This document shows positions 20,543 to 30,870 of a stretch of DNA of 61,467 nucleotides, piece by piece. Source of the DNA: a virus (lineage: Duplodnaviria > Caudoviricetes). Position 1 is the first letter of the stretch. The number at the start of each line of letters is the position of its first letter. The notes beneath the pieces were generated by a model that was given only the letters and a program-made list of their open reading frames with translations, was not told the DNA's origin and did not search any database. The DNA lies in the IMG/VR virus record IMGVR_UViG_3300010148_005374, positions 1 to 61,467 of that record; one strand, written 5' to 3'. A program made the translations under genes and the position numbers.

Positions 20543-22047
20543 ACGGGTTCTTCATCAACCTTGAATTTAAATACTTCTGGCTGTTCTACATATTGTCCAT
20601 TGACTTGGTAAACAAACTGTAACCCATAAGCATAACCTTCATCTAGAATATTCGTGTCAACCTCAAAGTAGTTTCCACTAACATCATAGGACATCCTAGT
20701 GTGGTTGGATGACCCTGTTCCATATTCCACCACCTCTAAATTATCGACTATTCTAAACAGCCTCCAATATGCATCTTCGATTATCTGACTAGGTGGCTCA
20801 GATGCAGCGACACTATAAACATTCGGGTTCCAGTTTTTCTCTCTAGCATAAACTCTTAGAACAGGCTTCTGCCCTTTTACATATGACTTTTTAAGGTTTG
20901 TTATATCGCTTATGTGTTGGGTTTCATATTGAACGAAACTAGCGGTCAAGCCCTCCAGATTTATAGATCCTGTAAAATATTCTATACTCCCGGAATGCCA
21001 AACATCATGCACTGTAGATAAAGAACTTGTTATTGCGAAGGAACAGCTATAAATACCAGTCTGTGCAACACCATTTTCCACAACAATACCACCTGTGATC
21101 TCTTGTTGAACCAACCCATTCGTATCTAATACATGAAGGCGATGGCCCGTTGGTAAATCATCATTACTGCCGCTAAAAAAGCTTACATATATTATTTGGT
21201 CTGTCCCAATTAAACTTGGGATATCTTTTAAGTTACCTCTGATTCTATTGTAGAGATATACAGTATTAAGATTATCAGCAGGTGGAGCCAAGGCGCTAGA
21301 AATAAAACTTAAGCCTCTTTGGTCTTTCCTGGAAGAATCCCATCTAGCCTCAATGTATGGTCTCTTGAGAAAGTATTCACTTGTTCGTCCAAAAAACTTC
21401 TTTGTAAAAAATGACCCTGAGGATCCAGAAATTATATCATCATCATGCTTTATCATAAAGCCAAAATTTGATGTGGTTCCAGCGCCGTCAGATCTCCACA
21501 AATCAATTGCGAAACTTACGTCAACATCTAAATCTTCAGCACCACCAGATAGGTAAAAACTTGAGGAATAAGCCGTGTCGCCAACACTTGCACTATTAAA
21601 AAAATCGCCGCCCTGATGTTCCCAAGCTATTCCCTCAGAGCTAGAAATCCAATTACACACACCAAAATCTGTGTACTCGTTCATATCTAACCCTCGGCCT
21701 TCTGTCCAAAAGTTACCACTAACCACGGCTACTTTCAAAGGATACTCATATGGTAAACTATCAGCGTGAGGCGCATTAAACATTTTCAATCTGTATTCAA
21801 CGCTAGATGATGGGACATTACCATTTGTAACATCTGAGACAATTGCGTCTACTGGGAACTGAATTAGTATCCTAGCTTGCTCGGCGTTATCAGCATCTAT
21901 TGAGGCTGAGGTTTGTCCATGTATAACAAAAGCCTCTAAAATATCAGAGGCACCCATATTAGAGCCAGTGCCTCTAATTCTAAGGTTAGCCTTAAAAGCG
22001 TTCGTAATCGTATTATCTTGTGTTGCAAAGTATCTTTTTATAGCCAT
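20539..22047 (-). CDS. Putative virion structural beta-sandwich protein
   Basis: 502 aa, coupled to the gp6-like gene (TAATG) and to the giant gene (ATGA). N-terminal DNTI...ARILIQF pattern resembles DNRLRE/CBM-like surface domains. Very rich in [ST][GAS]S. Confidence 0.6.
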   Translation of the reverse strand: MAIKRYFATQDNTITNAFKANLRIRGTGSNMGASDILEAFVIHGQTSASIDADNAEQARILIQFPVDAIVSDVTNGNVPSSSVEYRLKMFNAPHADSLPYEYPLKVAVVSGNFWTEGRGLDMNEYTDFGVCNWISSSEGIAWEHQGGDFFNSASVGDTAYSSSFYLSGGAEDLDVDVSFAIDLWRSDGAGTTSNFGFMIKHDDDIISGSSGSFFTKKFFGRTSEYFLKRPYIEARWDSSRKDQRGLSFISSALAPPADNLNTVYLYNRIRGNLKDIPSLIGTDQIIYVSFFSGSNDDLPTGHRLHVLDTNGLVQQEITGGIVVENGVAQTGIYSCSFAITSSLSTVHDVWHSGSIEYFTGSINLEGLTASFVQYETQHISDITNLKKSYVKGQKPVLRVYAREKNWNPNVYSVAASEPPSQIIEDAYWRLFRIVDNLEVVEYGTGSSNHTRMSYDVSGNYFEVDTNILDEGYAYGLQFVYQVNGQYVEQPEVFKFKVDEEPV

Positions 22048-23840
22048 TATTTAACAACTCCAGTGATATCATCCTCAGGAAATAAAACATCTGCAACTGC
22101 ATCTTCGGGAACCACAAGAAATCTGCCGTCATTAGATAGATTTTTTTCAATCTCATAGTTAAACGAACTATATGATCCGCCTGTCTTGTTAATTAGTTTG
22201 ACCATCGTTGTATCCACAACACCATCAACACTGTTTAAAGATTTAAATATTTCTGATAAATATACAGGTTCACCCATTTCTTTAGCTACGTTTAAAACCT
22301 TCTCTTGTAACTTACTTACACAGGCATTTAGAACCTCAAAACGATTAGCGTCGGTTTCAGCTATGACCTCGAACTGTATTCCGTAGTTTATGATTTTTCC
22401 GTCCAAAATATCCACGCTGTCGTTTATCATTCTATATCGATCAATCCAGGTTTTCAGATTTGTTTTTAGCTTACTTGTGGGGGCCGAAAACTTCCCATTT
22501 GCATTCTCTGCTAAAACGTATAAATTTAAGTTTCTTCTTGTTGACCTTGGGTCTTGTACAATGTTAACACGCTTAACTTTGCCGAAACCTGCTGGCATGC
22601 GGTAACATATACTAATGTAATCAGATCTTGTTACGGCTCTGTTCTGAGAGGCGTAAGATGCGTAAGCACGGACCCTGACTTCATCAGCGGACAACTCCTC
22701 TGTATCCCCAAGAATAGGCTCAGGGTTTTCGACTTCTAGTGAGCTTTCTACTCCTGCAATGAGTGTGTCCGACAAAGCGTCACGGTTTGTAAAAGTAAAT
22801 GACCTTTCTACAATTTGGTTTACTGTGCTAGCAGCAGCATTAACCGTAGTTGCTTCATTAGACCTGTAAGTTACAGTTAGTGTTGTATTTTCAGGAACCA
22901 CACCGAATTTATCAGTCTTTATTAGATTACTAGGATCAAATGTGGTGTCTGATACATACTCTCTACCTGTAACATCTAATACAACGTCCGCAGGGTTGGC
23001 CACCAAATCTCCGGTTAGGTTTGCAGATGACCCATATCCAAACTGAAGAAAAGTGGCTCCCTCAGTGTTATGCTCTGTAACAAACCTTCTTGGGCAAGGT
23101 TTTGTTTTCATAATAAAAGGAACAGTATCTCTACTTGTCCCTCGATTAGGTTCTTTTGATAATATAATATCTTGAGTTAAATAATCAACCTGAAAATATT
23201 CATTTCCTTGGGAGTCAACAACAGATAAAATTTCAGAAACTTCGTCAGCAGCCATTCTTAATCTTAAAAATCTTTGGTAATCACCAACTATTATTTCTTC
23301 CTCACGCAGTCTACCAGAAACTACTGTTCCTTTTCCTTTTATAGCAAACTCAGTTGGCACACCAGTGTCTGAGTCTACTTTGGCCACAGTTATCTCGTTA
23401 TTACTATCGGTAAAATCTATATCCTGGTTCACTGTGTACAATCCGCCGCCGGAACCACCAACTATAGTTCCCCTTTTTAATATGGGAATATAAGTTGTGT
23501 CTGGACCACCCGTAGTCGATGCTGCTGGGACTAGTACATAAAAATTACAGACACCTGTTGAAGTTGGCGAGCCGGGCATCTTATATCCCATTTGCTTAGC
23601 TAATCTTTGAACATTAGATAATTCTATTGCAGTGTCTAAAAAGCTTTCATTTGCTTGATAATCCGTATAGAAAGAAAGCTGATCACCAACATAGGCTACT
23701 AGATCTAACATCAAAGCACCAAAAGATGCTTCGTTAAAATCTTGAAATGTGTTAGCATAATAACGTTTTGCGTAGTTTACAAGCGATTCTTTGATTGTAT
23801 CAAATTCTCTGTTTGTATAATTTATCGGGCGTTTTGGCAT
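22047..23840 (-). CDS. Baseplate wedge subunit (T4 gp6 / baseplate J-like)
   Basis: YTNREFDTIKESLVNY...FQDFNEASFGALMLDLVAY...ANESFLDTA...AKQMGY and QNRAVTRSDY are gp6-family hallmarks. Start placed at ATG 23840 (MPKRP) behind an SD GAGGT, not at the ORF-track TTG. Confidence 0.85.
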   Translation of the reverse strand: MPKRPINYTNREFDTIKESLVNYAKRYYANTFQDFNEASFGALMLDLVAYVGDQLSFYTDYQANESFLDTAIELSNVQRLAKQMGYKMPGSPTSTGVCNFYVLVPAASTTGGPDTTYIPILKRGTIVGGSGGGLYTVNQDIDFTDSNNEITVAKVDSDTGVPTEFAIKGKGTVVSGRLREEEIIVGDYQRFLRLRMAADEVSEILSVVDSQGNEYFQVDYLTQDIILSKEPNRGTSRDTVPFIMKTKPCPRRFVTEHNTEGATFLQFGYGSSANLTGDLVANPADVVLDVTGREYVSDTTFDPSNLIKTDKFGVVPENTTLTVTYRSNEATTVNAAASTVNQIVERSFTFTNRDALSDTLIAGVESSLEVENPEPILGDTEELSADEVRVRAYASYASQNRAVTRSDYISICYRMPAGFGKVKRVNIVQDPRSTRRNLNLYVLAENANGKFSAPTSKLKTNLKTWIDRYRMINDSVDILDGKIINYGIQFEVIAETDANRFEVLNACVSKLQEKVLNVAKEMGEPVYLSEIFKSLNSVDGVVDTTMVKLINKTGGSYSSFNYEIEKNLSNDGRFLVVPEDAVADVLFPEDDITGVVK

Positions 23841-23860
23841 TACTAAACCTCGGGGCTTCA

Positions 23861-23869
23861 ATAATTAGT
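23861..23869 (-). promoter_or_regulatory. Candidate late promoter (ACTAATTAT)
   Basis: Overlaps the stop codon of the gp25-like gene, about 20 nt upstream of the gp6-like start and its SD. Confidence 0.45.
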
Positions 23870-24269
23870 CTTTGTTCTGAGTTATTATCAAGGTATCGCT
23901 GTCATTAATTGGACCTATACCATACTTTAAAATCAACCTTACGGCGTTAGGGGACAAACTATCGTCTTCATCAGCAGTTAAAACAATGATATCATCCACC
24001 TCAACAAAAGGCATAAACTTACTAATTTGTGTTGAAATTCTTTCTCTAACTGAGTTAGATGTGTTGTTTATGTCCGGCTCGAAAAGCAATCGACGCACAC
24101 CTGCACCAAACTCTGGTAACATGACTCTCTCGCCTGGTGATGTTAAAATCAAATTTTTCAAATTTTGTTTAACAACATCTTTTAAAGTTTTGTTAAGTTC
24201 ATATGGACCATCAACATTATCATAAGTCAACGGCAATGAAACTGAAAGACCCTCTAGTTTATTAGCCAT
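23865..24269 (-). CDS. Baseplate wedge protein (T4 gp25 / GPW_gp25 family)
   Basis: 134 aa with VKQNLKNLILTSPGERVMLPEFGAG...LLFEP, the gp25 signature. Adjacent to the gp6-like gene. Confidence 0.9.
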   Translation of the reverse strand: MANKLEGLSVSLPLTYDNVDGPYELNKTLKDVVKQNLKNLILTSPGERVMLPEFGAGVRRLLFEPDINNTSNSVRERISTQISKFMPFVEVDDIIVLTADEDDSLSPNAVRLILKYGIGPINDSDTLIITQNKD

Positions 24270-27200
24270 TTAGTTGCCCCTCGCACGCTCTTGTACATTA
24301 GTCATCTCAGTAATTATACTCTCAACACGATTTCTTTGCGCTGGATCCCAAGAGCTAATATTAAGATCTTGGAATAAGTTATCTTCATCAATTTCAGCAA
24401 CCTTCAAGGTAATTGATGCTATAAGTCCAGTAATAGTATCATTTCTTTCCGCCCGTTGATCAATGCGCTGGAGGCCATAATCAGATACACTTCGTAGTTG
24501 TCTCGGTGGAGGACGATCAGCGAATCCAGTAAACTTGATTGCTGCGCCTGTGATTCTACCATAAAAATTAGTAGTTTCTCTACTGTCTTTTAGACCAGCA
24601 TAAGTTGATTCCATACCCTCTAACATTAGAGACTCTAGAAACCCTAGTGTTCTCTGCCCAAAGGCCTGACGCTTACTAAAGGGAGCGTTTGGGTGAAACA
24701 ATGCGGCAGTATTAATATCAACCTGAGTTATGCTATCTTTGTTAGATATTTTTAAATCAGTGTTAGAATTATAAGCTCGTTGTTGATTAGCTAACCCACC
24801 ATCAGAAGCATTTGTTCCGTACTGAGAAATCCCCAACGAACTTAAACGATTTAAGGTAAGGACAATCTCATGTATCTTGCCACGGAATGCTGTCTCCCCT
24901 CTTCCGACTCTCACAAAATCCTGGTACCCATCACTTTTACCACTAAAATTAAACCCTGTAGTTTTGTATAGTTGCTCTGATTGAGAAACCTGATCTGCAA
25001 ATGCTCCAAATCTTGCTTCAAGGGCACCCTTCAAGGATCTAATCTGGTTGCACTTTTCCCACAAAGACTGATATTTGGCTTTATCCGCCCTAAGCTCTGT
25101 CAGGTTGTTATAGGTTCTTCCTCCAACTTGAGCCGGGAAAACTCTAGGTCTTTGTTGCTGCTGCTGTTGTTGCTGTTGTTGTTGACGTTGTTGCCCTTGA
25201 GAACCCTCTTGTCTAATCCTCTCACGGATTTCAGCAGCACGACGTTCACGCTCAGACTGCGATATGCCCTCTTCTTGCTGTTGTCGCTGCATGTCCCTTG
25301 TGCTCTGATTAGCAGGCGGTTGGTTGCCTGGCGGTCCATTCTGAACTCTGTCCGCAAGGTTCTGCCCTACATCTTCATCTCTGGGGGCTCCTTGGCGGTT
25401 TTCCTCACCAGCTTGAGCGAGTTCAGCTTGTTGTCTTCGTTGGGCTCGATTAGCCTCCTCTCGCAGCCTTGCTAGTTTAGCGTTTAAATCATCATTTCTT
25501 TTTTTGTCGTCTCTTATTAGCTCATCTAGGGTTTTTGGTTGAGATGGGGCAACTTCTTCCACAAGGTAATTTAGCGAACTAGCGGGCTCTAAAGCTGTCC
25601 TCAAAGCTTCATCGGCAGTGTTAATTCTTTTCTTTGCATAGAAGGCCATCTGAGAGAAATTATCAGTAACAGAAACCACCTTATCGTAATAAATGTACTG
25701 CAATCCTACTAATAATGGTATCGGTACAAGCCCTAAAAATTCTCGATTCTTAAACGTTTCATAGTCAGCACTAAAACCTAGCGCACCACCTCGGCTAATA
25801 AATTCATCTGCACCTGGGGTTCTTTCGTCAAGATAGTCTGGCAAATTATAACGTCTTCGGTTTGTATCTGGAAATTGTTGTATACCAAAACTGTGCCCAC
25901 TATGAAAATAATTAACCAACATATCATAGGCGACCTTTCTGTTTGTCACAGAGACACCCTCACTATTTTGTATAACCGCTTCTTCTTCGATATCTTTAAA
26001 AAGATTTTTGGTCATGACCGCCCAGCCGCTAAAATCATTGTCGTTGTCAGGCGCTTCTTGCGATAGGTTGTAAAAAGTTTTTCTGAGCATTTGAATTATA
26101 ATATATTCTAACTGCTCTTGTGGGTCTTGAATTAAAGCCGGGTTGAATTCTATACCTGAAGTATCAACTTCTGTAGATGAACAAGTACGAGAAACAAAAT
26201 CTAATCCGTCGATAATATATCCAAACATGCCTCTTTCTTGAAAATCTCTAGTAATTTTGTTAGCCATATATGATTTTAACATATTCAAAGTATCTGGCGT
26301 ATCTAGAGAGTACCCGTTGTTAAAAAGAGGCGCTACATTTAATACAAAGTTAAATATTCTTTGGTGTATGGCATTCAAGGTGACTAAGGCATTTTGTTCA
26401 TCTGGTCCCAAATTGCAAGGATCACCGCTTGGGCCAAATGGTGGAATAGATGCAGCTTCTATTGTATCGTCAACTCTATCTTTAACTCTTTCATTAGCAT
26501 AAAGATTTACAGACATTGTTCTAGTCACATTGTAGAAACTGTTTAAATAAGGGCTAGGTATTGACCTAACCACTGCGTAATCAACAGGTGTATTGCCAAA
26601 TGTTCTTGTTGCTATATCTGTGGCTACTGTTCTAGTACCTGTGCCACCTTTGCTAGTTTTATTGTTAGTTAAATTTCCATACGCTATATGCATAAGATTA
26701 CTATTAATATTGTTAACTGTAGCGGCTTGTGCGTTCCTAACATTTTCATTATCAGCTAGTAGTGAAGTAGCTATTCTGGATAGTGAATTTTTAACACTAT
26801 ATTTACTATCATGTCCGGGCAAATTATCCTCAGATAAATCAAACTCACAAAGGAGTTCAGAGGGGACATCTCTATATCTTATCTGCGGGTTATCATCGGG
26901 CGAAGTAATTGTTAGTGGCTCAATCGTATCTGCCAGACCCACTATACCTTTTTCTTTTCTGTTAAAATATACTCTAACTTTTTGATCACTAGCATCCCTT
27001 CGTGGTATGTAGTCCAATTGTAATCTACCAAATGAAGTTTCATTTGGGGCTTCAGCCTGTCCCTCTTCCGTTTGCAGTTGAGCCATTACACCTATAGTGG
27101 TTTTTGTAAGCCCAATATCATAATGAGGGTGATCGCCCTCAATATCAGCTACTTGACCAGTGGCATATTTAATGGTGAGCGGTAACACGAACTGATTATT

Positions 27201-30200
27201 CAATCCTTGTACATCACCAACTCTAGGATAGGTATCGCCAAAATAGTGTCTATAATACTGGTAAATTTGTGTCTGTTGTAAGCGAGCGAGACTACTCACT
27301 GGACGATCTGTTCCTGCTGAACTTCTCATACCTGCACAAATAGCTCGGGCTTGGATACCTTGAGCCCTGCGTGAAGCATCAGCTATGAATCTTAACAAAT
27401 CTAAGAACCAGTCTGCTAATCCAATTCTGTCCCAAAAGTTTTGTATCTCAAATGCAAAATCAAAGTTTTTAGCAGCCAATTCACACAAAAGTTCTATCTT
27501 AAAAGACGTTGAATCTATTTCTTGATTTATTTGAGATCTCAACTGTCTCTTAGTTAACCCTCCGGCTACTGGTGTTGAGTCATCATCTCCAATATTGGCC
27601 AAATCTTCTAGTCCAACATCAAGCCCAGAACCAAGCCCATATGCTAGCAAGTCTCGGGCATCACAATATGCTTCTTTTGTATCAAGAGGTCTCTCAATGC
27701 CAAGCGAGATTCCAGGACCTAAGAGTTGCCCAAGTCTTTTAAAGTATCTTACAATAACATCTTTTTCAAGCCCAAGAGTAGCGTACCTAACATCACCAGG
27801 GTACAAAGAATCCTGGACTTGGTTTAATAGTACCGTTATCAATTCATCTGAATATGTGCGATCTCGAATACCCCTTTGGTCAGCGGCCGAAAGTTCACTA
27901 GCATTGAGACCAACAAGGTTGAACCCCTTGTGCAATGAATCTATTAGTGCCTGCCCACCTGAACCTTGTAAAATTGCTACGACATCAGTATCAACCATTA
28001 GGTCCGAGGCATCATCATTTAGTTGTCTCAATTGTTCATTGGTAGCTGCACTTTTTACAAATTCACTTCTAACAACAAATGTATTTTGAATGTCAAGCTC
28101 TCTGGCTATTTCCTCTAGGTCGATACCAGCATAATCTACAAGATCATTTATTCTAACAATACCATACGGAGAATTAACTCTTGGATTCCTGTTTCTCGTT
28201 ATGTTTGCTTGATCTACGACAGTTTCGGGACCACATCCAGAAACAGCTAATAGCAATTGTTTAAAGGCCTGAAGAATTAGTTGCTTCACAAACTCTATTA
28301 TCAATTTTAATAATTGTTTTCTCCAAAGTGCCCACAGATCAGCAGTTGGAGTTTTACCAAGTTTTATCCCTCTTGGCGGAGTTAACCCTTTCTTAACGAG
28401 AGCCTGAACATCTGGTGGTACGCCGCCAGGTTCTAAAACTTCTTTTGCTAAGATGTCACCTAAAACTCTAAAACAAGCAAAAAATTGTCTGTTAACTTCT
28501 CGCTCGATATCACGAACGAAACTTTCAGGGTCATCTAAATACCCAGCACCTTGCAAAAGCAATTCTTCGTTTTTCTTAAGTTCAATAACTTCATCTCTAA
28601 GAATTTTAACAACCACGCCAACAATTTGTTTAATACTAGCTTTGCCGCCAAAAAGCTGATATATTAAAAAAGCATCATTAAGATACTTGGCTAAAGGTGT
28701 TTCACATCCAGCATTATTGAGAGTGCTTGTAAAAAACCCTAAAGCATTTTTGCCTTTGTTAAATCTTCTTTGAAATTCTTTTTCGGCCTCGGCTTTTGTT
28801 TTTGCTTTTGCTGTCTTTTTCTTTTTTTCTGGGGTGACCTCAAAAGTATTTTTACCAAGTCCAGATCCCGAGTTTTCTTCTGGATATTTGTTAGTATTTT
28901 TGTTTTCTTCTTGTTTATTTTTTACATCTGTCGGTTTAATGACTGGACTTGGGTACATATATTTTTGTACAAATTCTACAGCAGATGGTTTTGAATCAGA
29001 ATCAAACAGTGCTGAAATTTCGTTCGCATAGAAAACAAGCGCAAAGGTCCCTTTAGAGACTGATCCAAATTGTGTATACAGTCCAGTTTTTGGATCCGCT
29101 ATTCCAGCATATTGAGCACCATTATAATATACGTTGATTAACTTGTACTTTGAATCAAAGACAAATTCTATTTTATCGTTTATTGTTATATCAAGGTTAA
29201 TGTCATCAATATATCTCTCAACAACACTATAGAACCTTTTAAGGTCCTCACCCCTTATTCTGACATTTGTGCTGGGCGTCATCATACCGGGATTTATACC
29301 CTCTTTGTCAAGCTCGTCAGCATACCTATCAACAACAATAGCAGCAGTAGCTATCGTCGATTGAAGTTCTGACATGCTGTAGGGGGCTCGGCGTAAACCT
29401 TCTTCACCTTGTACGCCTTTATCAGCCAGAAGATTTTGAGCACGATTCAATACACTTGGGGCTTCATCAGATTTTGATTTTGCTCCTATAGGATTAAGTT
29501 TCTCTACCTCGTCCTGTGGTATGCTAACGGCCAGCAGCCAAGCGCCCTGACCCTCTGGTAAAGGTTGCGGTCTGTAACGATCGCCATATCGACTTACAAA
29601 CTTAACCTTTGAGGGATCGATCTGAGTTCTATTGATCTCGTTGTCTCTGTCAGCAAACTTTAATATTTCTGGAACTGCGATATCAAATTGAAAACTTGAT
29701 ATATTTTCTGCTGCCTGGTCACCGCCACCGATATCATAAGACTCAGGGTTTAGGGCGAGAGTTCTAAAGACACACCAATAGTTTTTTTCAGTTGGGTTAT
29801 AATATACCTTTGTTAATTCGTCTCTTCTTACATATGCAGCTAAATCAACAGGAACTTCTACTGTGGCATTTAAAACAGGGCTAACCCCAGTGCCAACACT
29901 AGGGTACGGTTTAGCATTTGCTGTCCAGTCTTGCAAGTCAACTTCTGGATCAACTTTTCTTTTTTCCTCTGCTAAATCCTTCTTGATAACTGACAAACCA
30001 GATGGTATTGATCCTGTTGGCCTACCACTGGCTTCCAATAACTGGTTTACCCTGGAGGTTGAATATGATGGTATTACTTCTGGTATTCTTGCGTTAACTG
30101 CATTGAAAGGTAATTTAACAACATCTCCAGCGCTAAGATTTTGTCCATTAATATTGTCTGCTTGGTTTGGTTCTGGTCTTTTAGTGTCGCTATTGATATC

Positions 30201-30857
30201 TAATAATATTGCGGCAGCCACGCCAAATTTATTACCAATCGTAGAAAAACTCTCGCCATTACTCTTAACTGTATACGTTGATTTTTTTGGCTGTGAAAAT
30301 GGATCTGGATTATCTACATCATTTTGATTTGAGGCTTTTTGTGCTTGTTCTGTAGTAACAGTATCAAAAGCAGAGTTTTTTATAGAAGAACCAAGACGTG
30401 TTGTTATGTCCGTAAGAATCTGTTGTTTCTCTTCTTTTCCAACGAAGAAAATACTAAAGCTCTTACCCTGTAATCTAGGGTTCTGAGGGTATGGCGTAGC
30501 AGAGGGAGATAATCCTACTTTTGCGTTCTGTGGATATAATGCAGCATAAGCTAAGGCATCTTTAACTGATATAAACCTATTAGCGGTAGTAAATCCAAAC
30601 CTTCCGTTTGGGATTCCTCTAGAAACTTCCATGCCGATACTTAAAAATCCAATACCACTCAAATAAGCCGTATGAATCATATCAATGATAAACTTGTTTC
30701 TTTCATCCTCATAGTCGTAACCCACACCACGCCTAATGAAACGTTTCTCTTCATCAGGTAGGTTGCTCCATCCTGTTATAACGCCATTATCGTTTTTGAT
30801 GGCCTCTGGTAGGGCGTCAGCAAAATCTGTTGGTCTTGGGTTTACAATGTTCTTCAT
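24270..30857 (-). CDS. Large virion-associated protein (2195 aa) with a LysM domain, helical regions and a poly-Gln tract
   Basis: LysM-like YTVKSNGESFSTIGNKFGV...LLDIN...NLSAGDVVKLP at about 30108-30278. Gln/Arg/Glu-rich low-complexity segment near the C-terminus. Located between the spike-like and gp25-like genes. Confidence 0.65.
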   Translation of the reverse strand: MKNIVNPRPTDFADALPEAIKNDNGVITGWSNLPDEEKRFIRRGVGYDYEDERNKFIIDMIHTAYLSGIGFLSIGMEVSRGIPNGRFGFTTANRFISVKDALAYAALYPQNAKVGLSPSATPYPQNPRLQGKSFSIFFVGKEEKQQILTDITTRLGSSIKNSAFDTVTTEQAQKASNQNDVDNPDPFSQPKKSTYTVKSNGESFSTIGNKFGVAAAILLDINSDTKRPEPNQADNINGQNLSAGDVVKLPFNAVNARIPEVIPSYSTSRVNQLLEASGRPTGSIPSGLSVIKKDLAEEKRKVDPEVDLQDWTANAKPYPSVGTGVSPVLNATVEVPVDLAAYVRRDELTKVYYNPTEKNYWCVFRTLALNPESYDIGGGDQAAENISSFQFDIAVPEILKFADRDNEINRTQIDPSKVKFVSRYGDRYRPQPLPEGQGAWLLAVSIPQDEVEKLNPIGAKSKSDEAPSVLNRAQNLLADKGVQGEEGLRRAPYSMSELQSTIATAAIVVDRYADELDKEGINPGMMTPSTNVRIRGEDLKRFYSVVERYIDDINLDITINDKIEFVFDSKYKLINVYYNGAQYAGIADPKTGLYTQFGSVSKGTFALVFYANEISALFDSDSKPSAVEFVQKYMYPSPVIKPTDVKNKQEENKNTNKYPEENSGSGLGKNTFEVTPEKKKKTAKAKTKAEAEKEFQRRFNKGKNALGFFTSTLNNAGCETPLAKYLNDAFLIYQLFGGKASIKQIVGVVVKILRDEVIELKKNEELLLQGAGYLDDPESFVRDIEREVNRQFFACFRVLGDILAKEVLEPGGVPPDVQALVKKGLTPPRGIKLGKTPTADLWALWRKQLLKLIIEFVKQLILQAFKQLLLAVSGCGPETVVDQANITRNRNPRVNSPYGIVRINDLVDYAGIDLEEIARELDIQNTFVVRSEFVKSAATNEQLRQLNDDASDLMVDTDVVAILQGSGGQALIDSLHKGFNLVGLNASELSAADQRGIRDRTYSDELITVLLNQVQDSLYPGDVRYATLGLEKDVIVRYFKRLGQLLGPGISLGIERPLDTKEAYCDARDLLAYGLGSGLDVGLEDLANIGDDDSTPVAGGLTKRQLRSQINQEIDSTSFKIELLCELAAKNFDFAFEIQNFWDRIGLADWFLDLLRFIADASRRAQGIQARAICAGMRSSAGTDRPVSSLARLQQTQIYQYYRHYFGDTYPRVGDVQGLNNQFVLPLTIKYATGQVADIEGDHPHYDIGLTKTTIGVMAQLQTEEGQAEAPNETSFGRLQLDYIPRRDASDQKVRVYFNRKEKGIVGLADTIEPLTITSPDDNPQIRYRDVPSELLCEFDLSEDNLPGHDSKYSVKNSLSRIATSLLADNENVRNAQAATVNNINSNLMHIAYGNLTNNKTSKGGTGTRTVATDIATRTFGNTPVDYAVVRSIPSPYLNSFYNVTRTMSVNLYANERVKDRVDDTIEAASIPPFGPSGDPCNLGPDEQNALVTLNAIHQRIFNFVLNVAPLFNNGYSLDTPDTLNMLKSYMANKITRDFQERGMFGYIIDGLDFVSRTCSSTEVDTSGIEFNPALIQDPQEQLEYIIIQMLRKTFYNLSQEAPDNDNDFSGWAVMTKNLFKDIEEEAVIQNSEGVSVTNRKVAYDMLVNYFHSGHSFGIQQFPDTNRRRYNLPDYLDERTPGADEFISRGGALGFSADYETFKNREFLGLVPIPLLVGLQYIYYDKVVSVTDNFSQMAFYAKKRINTADEALRTALEPASSLNYLVEEVAPSQPKTLDELIRDDKKRNDDLNAKLARLREEANRAQRRQQAELAQAGEENRQGAPRDEDVGQNLADRVQNGPPGNQPPANQSTRDMQRQQQEEGISQSERERRAAEIRERIRQEGSQGQQRQQQQQQQQQQQRPRVFPAQVGGRTYNNLTELRADKAKYQSLWEKCNQIRSLKGALEARFGAFADQVSQSEQLYKTTGFNFSGKSDGYQDFVRVGRGETAFRGKIHEIVLTLNRLSSLGISQYGTNASDGGLANQQRAYNSNTDLKISNKDSITQVDINTAALFHPNAPFSKRQAFGQRTLGFLESLMLEGMESTYAGLKDSRETTNFYGRITGAAIKFTGFADRPPPRQLRSVSDYGLQRIDQRAERNDTITGLIASITLKVAEIDEDNLFQDLNISSWDPAQRNRVESIITEMTNVQERARGN
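25152..25184 (-). repeat. Imperfect CAA/CAG trinucleotide repeat encoding Q11
   Basis: 11 consecutive ttg/ctg triplets on the plus strand, in frame with 24270-30857. Confidence 0.9.
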
Positions 30858-30861
30858 AAAA

Positions 30862-30870
30862 TTATTTAGT
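30862..30870 (-). promoter_or_regulatory. Candidate late promoter (ACTAAATAA)
   Basis: CTAAATA resembles the T4-type late -10 box (TATAAATA). It lies about 5 nt upstream of the ATG at 30857 with no SD in between. Confidence 0.35.

Noticed and set aside
24270-30857. Tape-measure protein call for the 2195-aa ORF
   Set aside because: It has helical stretches but no clear periodic tape-measure repeats. It carries a LysM domain and lies between the spike and gp25, so it is left unassigned.
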